Source: an uncultured Acidobacteriota bacterium
GTDB lineage: Bacteria > Acidobacteriota > Terriglobia > Acidiferrales > UBA7541
Assembly: GCA_963814635.1 (NCBI GenBank)
Contig: CAWFDP010000001.1
Coordinates: forward strand, 145,250-209,249
Direction of reading: 5' to 3'
Length of the DNA: 64,000 nucleotides
Shown here piece by piece: positions 8,171-15,217 of the stretch; position 1 is the first letter of the stretch, and each line of letters opens with the position of its first letter. The notes under the pieces are model-generated. The model saw only the letters and a list, made by a program, of their open reading frames with translations, had not been told where the DNA came from and ran no database searches. The position numbers and the translations under genes were made by a program.

Positions 8171-9244
8171 CTACTGATTAGGGTCATTCTCTTCAGTGGG
8201 AAGCGTGATCGGTGTTCCAACCGTGCCTTGCTTTACCCTCACTATCATCCGCCGTACCTCTGAGTTAGCGTGTATGGGAAGTAGTTCAATTGTTGGGTGT
8301 TCATTCGCAAATACTCGAAATATTTCGTCCGCGAAAGCCTGTCCGATTGAGGGAACGCCGGTAAAGTCAAAGAGTATCGTCTTAAACAGATCTAGTCTAG
8401 CAACTACCCTCTTGGCTTGTGATCGTGAGATCAGTTTGTCATTTCCGTACTGCGCGAGATTCACAGGTACGACAGTCTTGTTAAATCCATAATCTCCATC
8501 GGGGCTAGCGTACTGATCGAAAATCTTTTTAGAAGTTCTGGCCGTACGATTACTCAGCTCCATGAACACCGTCGTACCAGCAGTACCCCAGTCCAAGACC
8601 CAGTCCTCATCAGCTCCAAATTTGTGGCCATAATAGGTCTTATCAGCACCTACCGAGAAACGATCAAACATCCTAGACGAGAAAAATATTCCTTCTCCAG
8701 TGTGGCGTGTCGGGTCGGTCGTGAGTTTGCCTTTTGCTAGTTCAAGGATGGCATATCGTTGGTCAGGCAGATTGAATGCTTCCTGAATCTTCTTGAAGAT
8801 TCCAATCCCGTTGTCGGCAATCATCATCTCGGTTGTTACTGCCGTCTTGGCAATTTTCACGAAAATGGAAGCTCCCCCTGAGTGGTCTTTGGCATTATTG
8901 AGCATCTCCGTGAAGCCATAGTGCCAAATATCGATTACGTTCTCCGGCAAGGGCTGTAAAACGGGAGAAATATCCTGATCCCACAACACATGTTCCTCAA
9001 GGTCCGGCGCGATTGTATAGAGTTTCCGCCACTCAACCAGTGCCGCTAACTTATAAGCACGCTTTCGCGTTTCACCGGTTTCCGTTAGGGATTTCTCGAA
9101 GATAAGTCGGCGCAAATGCTTATTGGCCGCCTGCCGTGTGATCTTGAAATGTTCAGATGTCAGCCTAGCAACGTCGTTCGGGTGCTTCTCGACGTGCTCC
9201 AGAATAAATCTTCGAATATCTTCGCCGCGTGCCCGTACTCTCAT
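8171..9244 (-). CDS. wHTH - GHKL ATPase - STAS-like (DUF4325-like) fusion protein
   Basis: 357-aa ORF. The N-terminal HTH is ITRQAANKHLRRLIFEKSL. GHKL boxes are EMLNNAKDH (N box), DNGIGIF (G1) and GEGIFF (G2). The C-terminal part (FDFTGVPSIGQAFADEIFRVF) resembles the DUF4325 STAS-like domain by recall. Confidence 0.8.
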   Translation of the reverse strand: MRVRARGEDIRRFILEHVEKHPNDVARLTSEHFKITRQAANKHLRRLIFEKSLTETGETRKRAYKLAALVEWRKLYTIAPDLEEHVLWDQDISPVLQPLPENVIDIWHYGFTEMLNNAKDHSGGASIFVKIAKTAVTTEMMIADNGIGIFKKIQEAFNLPDQRYAILELAKGKLTTDPTRHTGEGIFFSSRMFDRFSVGADKTYYGHKFGADEDWVLDWGTAGTTVFMELSNRTARTSKKIFDQYASPDGDYGFNKTVVPVNLAQYGNDKLISRSQAKRVVARLDLFKTILFDFTGVPSIGQAFADEIFRVFANEHPTIELLPIHANSEVRRMIVRVKQGTVGTPITLPTEENDPNQ

Positions 9245-9251
9245 GCTTTGG

Positions 9252-9281
9252 ATTGTAAACCTTAACGCAAAACATTGTCAA
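9252..9281 (-). promoter_or_regulatory. sigma-70-type promoter of 8171..9244, apparently leaderless
   Basis: The minus strand reads TTGACA (9276..9281) - 18 nt - TACAAT (9252..9257) - 7 nt - ATG (9242..9244). There is no SD in those 7 nt (ccaaagc). Confidence 0.55.
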
Positions 9282-9346
9282 CTTTGTTCTTGACATTGAC
9301 AACCTTAGTCTATAGTATTGTCAACTATAGAGAGGGAATTGACAAC
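9274..9346. repeat. four phased ATTGWCAAC boxes
   Basis: ATTGTCAAC at 9274..9282, ATTGACAAC at 9295..9303, ATTGTCAAC at 9317..9325 and ATTGACAAC at 9338..9346. Spacing is 21, 22 and 21 bp. Confidence 0.6.
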
Positions 9347-9350
9347 CACC

Positions 9351-10330
9351 ATGAATCGCTTAAGCGCAAAACAAAGAACATCCGTAATTGCAGCACTGGT
9401 AGAAGGGAACTCTATCCGCGCCACTGTTCGCATGACAGGTGCTTCCAAGAACGCCATACAGCGCCTCTTAGCCGCAATCGGGCCTGTGTGAGGCATACCA
9501 GAATCGCGCACTCCGCAACCTGCCTTGCAGGAAAATTCAATGCGACGAAATTTGGTCCTTTTGCTACGCCAAGCAAAAGAACGTTCCGGAAGCAATGGCG
9601 ATTCGGCTATGGCGACGTTTGGACTTGGACGGCGCTCTGTGCGGACACCAAACTGATTTGCTCATGGAAGATCGGCACTTCCACCTCCTATGCCCTTATG
9701 CATGATTTGGAACCCCGTCTCCGCAACCGGACGCAACTCACGACAGACGGTCATCGTATGTATCTCGACGCGATAGAGAGCGCATTTGGCAGCGGAATTG
9801 ACTACAGCATGTTGGTGAAGATGTACGGCAACGACGCGGAATCAGAAGTGCGCTATAGCCCAGCGGAGTGCATCGACACGCGGGTAATACCGATCATCGG
9901 CCAGCCGAATCCAAAATATATTTCGACGAGCTATGTAGAGCGGCAGAACCTTACGATGCAGATGAGGATGCGCCGCTTTACCGTTTGACCAACGCTTTCT
10001 CTATGAAGGTAGCGAATCACGGTTGGGCGGTGGCTCTCTACCTCATGCACTACAATTTCTGTCGAATCCACCAGACATTGCGTGTCACTCCCGCCATGGA
10101 GGCTGGTATCTCAGACCACGAAGGCTACGATCGAACTAGCTTTGGCAACTCAACAGTTTGCAAATCTTGCCACAAAAGCACCGCAGAATTTTTGGAACGA
10201 GTTTGCGACGGGCAAGACAATTGAGCTGGAACCCAAGACCCTGCAAATAAAAATTCCAGAGTCGGTTCAGATCGTTCCGGTTTCGGATAGCACCTTGCCG
10301 ATCCTTGCGCGGGCCGCGCATGCGTCTTAG
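9351..10330 (+). pseudogene. degraded IS1-like DDE transposase (family call tentative)
   Basis: The reading frame must jump 0>1>2>1 to follow the protein. The segments are MNRLSAKQRTSVIAALVEGNSIRATVRMTGASKNAIQRLLAAIGP (stop at 9489), CEAYQNRALRNLPCRKIQCDEIWSFCYAKQKNVPEA, GYGDVWTWTALCADTKLICSWKIG...YVERQNLTMQMRMRRFT (stop at 9988), and LTNAFSMKVANHGWAVALYLMHYNFCRIHQTLRVTPAMEAGISDH. A further shift near 10110 is likely. Confidence 0.7.
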
Positions 10331-10579
10331 CGAAGTTGTAAACCTTCCAGAGTTTAAGAAGCGCGATATTGTCGTAGTCGGCCACTATAATACCGGCGAA
10401 GCAGTTTTTGCGGTATTGGCTCGGCGCGGAGAAAAAGTGTTGCCCGTTCCTAAGTGGGTTTGCTGGGCCATCCTCAATCAGATGAGTCGGAAACAAACTC
10501 CGCCCTGAAGCGCGAGCGATGGCTGGAGCTGCAAGCTGACCCATCGCTAGCAAAAGAGCGGAAAGAAGAACGCGGAGAA

Positions 10580-11632
10580 TCAGGGGTTGGGGATGTCGGC
10601 GTCGACTTCGTTGGAGAAGGGACTTTCGATGCCGTCGGCACCGAGGGCGGTGACAACGTAAAAATAGCGGCCACCGGATTGGACTTCGATGTCCTTAAAA
10701 TTCAGTGCGGAGACCATTGAACCGGTGATGCGACTGTAAGGCCCACCAGGAGCGCCGCCACGATAGACGTGATAACCGGCCACGGAGCTGGAGCTGGGAT
10801 TCCAATCCAAAGTAACAGCGTGAGAAGAGGCGGGAGCTGGGGAGCCGGTCGAGGTGGCGCTTGCCGAACCGGAGACAGCGAGCTTCAGAGGCGCCGGAAG
10901 AGCGGAGGCACCGGCGACGAGTGTGGCTACGGAGTTTCCGGCCGCAGTCGGATGGAACCAAACCTGGAATTCGACTTTTTGTTCAGGCGAGAGCGAGACG
11001 CCTAAGGCCAAACCGGTAATGGAGTATCCGGCGCCAGCAATGCCCACGGAGTTAAGAGTCAGCGGAACATTGCCGGTGTTGGCGAGCGTGACGGATTGAA
11101 AGGCCGAGGAGTTGACGGCGTGACTGCCAAAGTTGACCGTGGAGGGAATTGCTTGCAACGCTGGGGCGGCTTTCTCGCCGGCGCCGAGAAGAGGAACGCT
11201 TACCGGAGATTTCAGGTCGGGACTGGAGATTGTTAGCGCGCCGTTTTCCGATGCAGTACTGGTGGGCTTGAAAGCAATGTTCATGCTGAGATTGCTGCCC
11301 GGCGCGAGGATGACCGGAACCTTTGCTGAGAGCAGGGAGAAACCGGCGCCGGTAATGCGAAGCGAGTTTAGATCAACATTTTTGTTGCTGGTATTGGTGA
11401 TTTGAATGGTCTGGGAATTTTTCTGTCCGACCACGACCGACTTGAAATTGATTTCGGCTGGAATTATCGAAAGGGCTGCTGCGGGGCCGGCAGCGGAATT
11501 TCCCGCGGAGACGGTTGCGCAACCGGAAAAGATGAACGTGGAAAAAACGGAGCACAGTGCGAGGAGAAGGTATGGGGTGCAACCGCGAGACACAAGAAAG
11601 TGAGAAGGCACGAAAGAGGGCAGTCCACGCAT
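10580..11632 (-). CDS. lipoprotein with choice-of-anchor-D / HYDIN-like Ig repeats and a C-terminal FN3 domain
   Basis: Repeats of the type FGSHAVNSSAFQSVTLANTGNVPLTLNSVGIAGAGYSITG, and a C-terminal FN3 (LDWNPSSSSVAGYHVYRG...YFYVVTALGADGIESPFSNEV). The start is moved to Met50 (cat at 11630..11632). This gives a lipobox signal (LLLALCSVFSTFIFSGC) and removes the overlap with 11761..13032. Confidence 0.75.
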   Translation of the reverse strand: MRGLPSFVPSHFLVSRGCTPYLLLALCSVFSTFIFSGCATVSAGNSAAGPAAALSIIPAEINFKSVVVGQKNSQTIQITNTSNKNVDLNSLRITGAGFSLLSAKVPVILAPGSNLSMNIAFKPTSTASENGALTISSPDLKSPVSVPLLGAGEKAAPALQAIPSTVNFGSHAVNSSAFQSVTLANTGNVPLTLNSVGIAGAGYSITGLALGVSLSPEQKVEFQVWFHPTAAGNSVATLVAGASALPAPLKLAVSGSASATSTGSPAPASSHAVTLDWNPSSSSVAGYHVYRGGAPGGPYSRITGSMVSALNFKDIEVQSGGRYFYVVTALGADGIESPFSNEVDADIPNP

Positions 11633-11760
11633 GTTGCCAACATAGAGTGAGCTACGCGTGCTGGCAACAAGGTCAGAGGACAGCTTTAGTTCAGGGTGTG
11701 TACCTGTACTAGCGGGCGGGAGTTGCAGGAGATTGGCAGAAGGGAGTCTAGTGAGAGCAG

Positions 11761-13032
11761 CTAGGAAATGAAGCAGCAACCAACGCGAACGGTGTCCGCA
11801 TTGATTTGCTTGGTCCAGAGTCTCTTGAGATTGACGCGGACCGGAGGAAGGATGGGGACATGGAGGACAGCGAGAAGCGTCTCGGGAAGGCCCTTGGCGG
11901 TGGGAAAGTCCAGAGCGACGCCGCCAAAGCCAAGATCGACGACGCGAGCGCGCTCCGAGGATTGGTCGCCGAGGACGGCGTAAGCATTGGTGCCGACCAT
12001 GGAGACACGTTCCGCCTTGCGAGCAACGGCATACAGGCGAGGCTCTGCTGGAACAACCTGAAAGGAAGGCGGCGAGATTTCTAGCGGTGAGACTGCAGGC
12101 GGCTGAACAACTCGAGGAGCGGTGGCTTCTGGAGCGGGAGGAGGTTCCGGCTCAAGGACAGCTGGAGCCGGAGGGACATCGACGATCGGCTTGGCTGGAA
12201 CTCGTGGCGTAGGCAAAGGTACTTCAGCGGGAGGCGGAGTTGTAGCGGTGGGCTCAGGAGCGGATTTCTGATGCGTCGCGTTTTTGCTGCGATAGAGACG
12301 TTCGTCCGCGATGCGGATGAGCGTGTCGCGCTGTTCGCCGTCTTGGGGATAGGTAGCGAGGCCGTGGTCCATCGTCACGCTGATGGAAAGGTCGAGAGGG
12401 CGAAGAATTTCGGCGAACGCGACGCCAATGCGGCGGCTCAATGCAGAAGCTTGCGCTGAGTCGGTTTGCGGGAGGAGAAGAGCGAATTCGTCGCCGCCGA
12501 TTCGAAATGCGGAGTCGGAGGTACGAAGGGTTTTTCTTAAGGTGCTGGCGGCAGCCTGCAAGACTTCGTCGCCGCGCGGATGGCCATGCTTGTCGTTGAC
12601 TTCCTTGAAGCGGTGAAGATCGAGGATGACCAGGCTCAAGGGGTGTGCGTAGCGGCGTGCGCGGTTAATTTCCTTGTCAAAAGTTTCCGTGAAAAGGCGG
12701 CGATTGTATAAGCCCGTGAGCGGATCGGTGACTGCGTTGCGGTGCAGATTTTTGAGATCGTCGTATTCGAGAACGACCGGAACGCGGAACATTCCTTTAG
12801 AAGCGAGAACGTCGACCAGAGCGGTTTGAAACGATACCGGAGACTCACCGAGGGCGGAGAGATGAGTCCTGCGGAGCAGCACGTCATCCCAGAGAGCGGC
12901 TGCTTGATTTTCCGGGATGTCGACGTGGGCCAGAGTCAGAAAAAGACGCTGAAGAAATAGCGCCCGCGCACCCGATTCGAGGCCTTCGAGTGTGTCCACG
13001 ATAAGATCAATGTAGGCGTCATTTGGACGCAT
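11761..13032 (-). CDS. diguanylate cyclase (GGDEF with I-site) fused through a Pro-rich linker to a C-terminal PilZ-like domain
   Basis: GGDEF domain: PLTGLYNRR...RTSDSAFRIGGDEFALLL, with an RxxD I-site 5 residues before GGDEF. The linker is PEPTATTPPPAEVPLPTPRVPAKPIVDVPPAPAVLEPEPPPAPE. The C-terminus carries RKAER ... DLGFGG (PilZ RxxxR and a D-x-S-x-x-G variant). Confidence 0.85.
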   Translation of the reverse strand: MRPNDAYIDLIVDTLEGLESGARALFLQRLFLTLAHVDIPENQAAALWDDVLLRRTHLSALGESPVSFQTALVDVLASKGMFRVPVVLEYDDLKNLHRNAVTDPLTGLYNRRLFTETFDKEINRARRYAHPLSLVILDLHRFKEVNDKHGHPRGDEVLQAAASTLRKTLRTSDSAFRIGGDEFALLLPQTDSAQASALSRRIGVAFAEILRPLDLSISVTMDHGLATYPQDGEQRDTLIRIADERLYRSKNATHQKSAPEPTATTPPPAEVPLPTPRVPAKPIVDVPPAPAVLEPEPPPAPEATAPRVVQPPAVSPLEISPPSFQVVPAEPRLYAVARKAERVSMVGTNAYAVLGDQSSERARVVDLGFGGVALDFPTAKGLPETLLAVLHVPILPPVRVNLKRLWTKQINADTVRVGCCFIS

Positions 13033-13139
13033 GCGCGCGGATTCCGGAACGCCGGAGCTGGGTAGCTACCGGAGTGGACCTAACCTCACTAGTCCCCGCG
13101 GGGAATGGGGCGAAACGATACTCGGACGAGAGCAAAGGG

Positions 13140-13155
13140 AGCAAGCGGAGGGCCA
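13140..13155 (-). promoter_or_regulatory. candidate sigma-54 (-24/-12) promoter of the GGDEF-PilZ gene
   Basis: The minus strand reads TGGCCC-TCCGC-TTGCT, a 10 of 11 match to TGGCAC-N5-TTGCW with correct GG-N10-GC spacing. It lies about 100 nt upstream of the ATG at 13032. Confidence 0.5.
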
Positions 13156-13317
13156 AGCAAAGGCACGGCGAACCGAAGCAATCTTTCGCGTCTCGCGGTC
13201 GAAAGTGGGTAAAGATAACACAAACAACAAGAGAGTTCAGAAGAAAAGATTCAGGAAAAGGTGTGGACGAGAGGAGTGAGGGTAGCGGCTTGCTCTAGTA
13301 CTAGGGTCGAAGGCCGA

Positions 13318-13668
13318 TTAAGTCAGAGGAGTGACAAATTCCAAGCCGAAGAGGCGAAGATCACCCGCCGAATCCTGGCGCCGGACACGTGCGGAAATTG
13401 GCGGAGTCTCGTAGGGAACCAGACCCGAGGTGGACGGGGATGGAGTGGGTATCGTCAACTGTATAAGCTGTTCCATTTGAAGGAGATGAGAGCAGGCGAT
13501 GCAGGCGCCGGTGGAGCTGATATTGAGGGTCTTCGTCAATTCGATAAATTCGACGCCTAGAGCGTCGGTACCGCGCAAGAAGATTGGTACTTGGATGCGA
13601 ATGCGCGGGCTGTGACGCTGGTGTGTGAAGGACACAGATTTTCGTGGATTCAAAAGTTGACTAGACAC
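13318..13668 (-). CDS. single-domain PilZ protein (c-di-GMP receptor-like)
   Basis: 116-aa ORF with a GTG start. PilZ motifs are RHSPR (RxxxR) and NISSTG (N-x-S-x-x-G). An AAAGAGAG SD-like run lies 4 nt before the start. Confidence 0.8.
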   Translation of the reverse strand: MSSQLLNPRKSVSFTHQRHSPRIRIQVPIFLRGTDALGVEFIELTKTLNISSTGACIACSHLLQMEQLIQLTIPTPSPSTSGLVPYETPPISARVRRQDSAGDLRLFGLEFVTPLT

Positions 13669-13706
13669 TTGGCTCTCTTTAGTACCGATGAACTAGTACG
13701 GCGTGG

Positions 13707-13722
13707 AGCATATGGGGTGCCA
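13707..13722 (-). promoter_or_regulatory. candidate sigma-54 (-24/-12) promoter of the PilZ gene
   Basis: The minus strand reads TGGCAC-CCCAT-ATGCT, a 10 of 11 match with correct spacing. The predicted TSS is about 30 nt upstream of the GTG at 13668. Confidence 0.6.
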
Positions 13723-13909
13723 TAGTTGGAGCCAGCGAATGAAACGTAAGTTATTGTAATTAATACACTTAACTGTACTTGTGAATGGTCGGAAATGGTC
13801 TACACGCAGCTGCGATTCGAAAATGTCCACGGAGTTTCCCCAATTGTGCAAATGGAACGCATTTACCATTGACAGTCCTATACCTCGGTGGGACCATGGC
13901 GCTGAGCAA

Positions 13910-13925
13910 TGGGAAAACTTTTGCC
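13910..13925 (+). promoter_or_regulatory. weaker sigma-54-like element ahead of the kinase/regulator operon
   Basis: TGGGAA-AACTT-TTGCC, an 8 of 11 match with correct spacing, about 20 nt of leader before the ATG at 13957. Confidence 0.3.
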
Positions 13926-13956
13926 ACTCTGGAAGGTGTAGGGTGATATTAATAGG

Positions 13957-15183
13957 ATGAGCGGACGAGTGGCAACCTCGGCGACAGCGGACGGCCTGCT
14001 TCCCACAGTGCTTTCTCTTGATTCTTTTTGTGGAATTCTAGCGGGTTTGGACACGCCAGTGATGGTGGCAGATCGTGGCGGGCGGCTGTTCGCGGCCAAT
14101 GGAGCGGCCAAACATCAGCTGGGAATCAGCGAGAACGACGCTAATCATAAGATCAATATATTTGAGAAGTTATTCGACACGGATGGGGCGGCAATACTGG
14201 CTGAATTGGCGGAAGGCAAGGCCTGGGCAGAACGCGAAGTTGTTCGGGGCGAGGGGCGCAAGATAGTCCGGGTAAAGTTGACGCCGGACGCCGACTGGCT
14301 GTTGATACAAATTCAGGAAAAAAATACCGCGAGTGTGGGAAGTGCGGCAACGCAACTCACGGTGCAAGAGTTACTGCAAGAGCGAGAAATAACCTATCGG
14401 AATCTTCTGGCGGCGTACTTGAAACTGCAGGAAGTGAACCGGCAAAAAACAGTATTCCTGGCTTCGGCGGCGCACGAGTTGAAAACACCGTTGGCGGTAA
14501 TCAAGGGATACTACGACCTGTTGCTGGCGGGTTCGCTTGGGCGGCTGACAGAAAAACAGCGGGATATCCTGGAAGAATCGAAGGAGAGTTGCGAGCGGCT
14601 GGTGCGGCTGGTATCGATGTTTCTCAATTATTCGGCGCTGGAGAGCGGAAAGCTAGTCCTGCAGTTGCGCGATAATGATTTACGGGACTGTCTGGATGAA
14701 ATGGCCAAGCGATGGGCGGAGGCGTTTCAGAGGAAAGGCGTAAAGCTGGAAGTGCAGTTGGATCCGTCGATCCCGACATTTCGATTTGACTATCAAAAAG
14801 TGCAGCAGGCCGCAGCCAATCTTCTGGACAATTCACTGAAACACACCCCCGCGGGCGGCTGTGTAATGCTGGTGGCCAAACCGCATTTCTGGGAACGGCG
14901 GGTGGCGGAAGCGGCGCCGAGCCAGGAACGGAGAAGATTTAGGTTGCCACGTCCGAATAGCGTGGAAGTGAGCGTGGCGGATTCGGGAGCAGGGATTCCC
15001 GCCGAGCACCATCAAGAGATTTTTGAGGATTTTGTCCGCGTAGACCGAAACACCTCCGGGATGGGACTGGGGCTGGCGATTGCAAAGCGGCTGGTGCAGG
15101 CACATCGCGGAAAGATCTGGGTCGAGAGCGAAGCGAAAAAGGGAAGCACGTTCCGGTTTTTACTGCCGATTGAGCAAAGCTGA
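13957..15183 (+). CDS. cytoplasmic PAS-type sensor histidine kinase (PrsK-like role, but without the membrane domain)
   Basis: H box SAAHELKTPLAVIKGY, and ATP-binding boxes LLDNSLKHT, DSGAGIP and GMGLGLAIAKRL. No hydrophobic segments were seen. The start is uncertain. Confidence 0.85.
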   Translation: MSGRVATSATADGLLPTVLSLDSFCGILAGLDTPVMVADRGGRLFAANGAAKHQLGISENDANHKINIFEKLFDTDGAAILAELAEGKAWAEREVVRGEGRKIVRVKLTPDADWLLIQIQEKNTASVGSAATQLTVQELLQEREITYRNLLAAYLKLQEVNRQKTVFLASAAHELKTPLAVIKGYYDLLLAGSLGRLTEKQRDILEESKESCERLVRLVSMFLNYSALESGKLVLQLRDNDLRDCLDEMAKRWAEAFQRKGVKLEVQLDPSIPTFRFDYQKVQQAAANLLDNSLKHTPAGGCVMLVAKPHFWERRVAEAAPSQERRRFRLPRPNSVEVSVADSGAGIPAEHHQEIFEDFVRVDRNTSGMGLGLAIAKRLVQAHRGKIWVESEAKKGSTFRFLLPIEQS

Positions 15184-15217
15184 CAGGACTTAGGAAGTTT
15201 CAGAAAGGACCCCTGCA

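Noticed and set aside
8071-8181. 36-codon plus-strand ORF (MAKKKKIKRTKRPNKARPKLEDANQLAYRILKQSTD) between rpmE and the GHKL gene
   Set aside because: It has no SD or recognisable family and overlaps the 3-prime end of 8171..9244 convergently. It cannot be distinguished from chance with the information available.
10305-10508. 67-aa ORF just right of the IS remnant
   Set aside because: No motif or SD was recognised, and it lies in the AT-richer junk-like region. It could be another gene fragment, so it was left unannotated.
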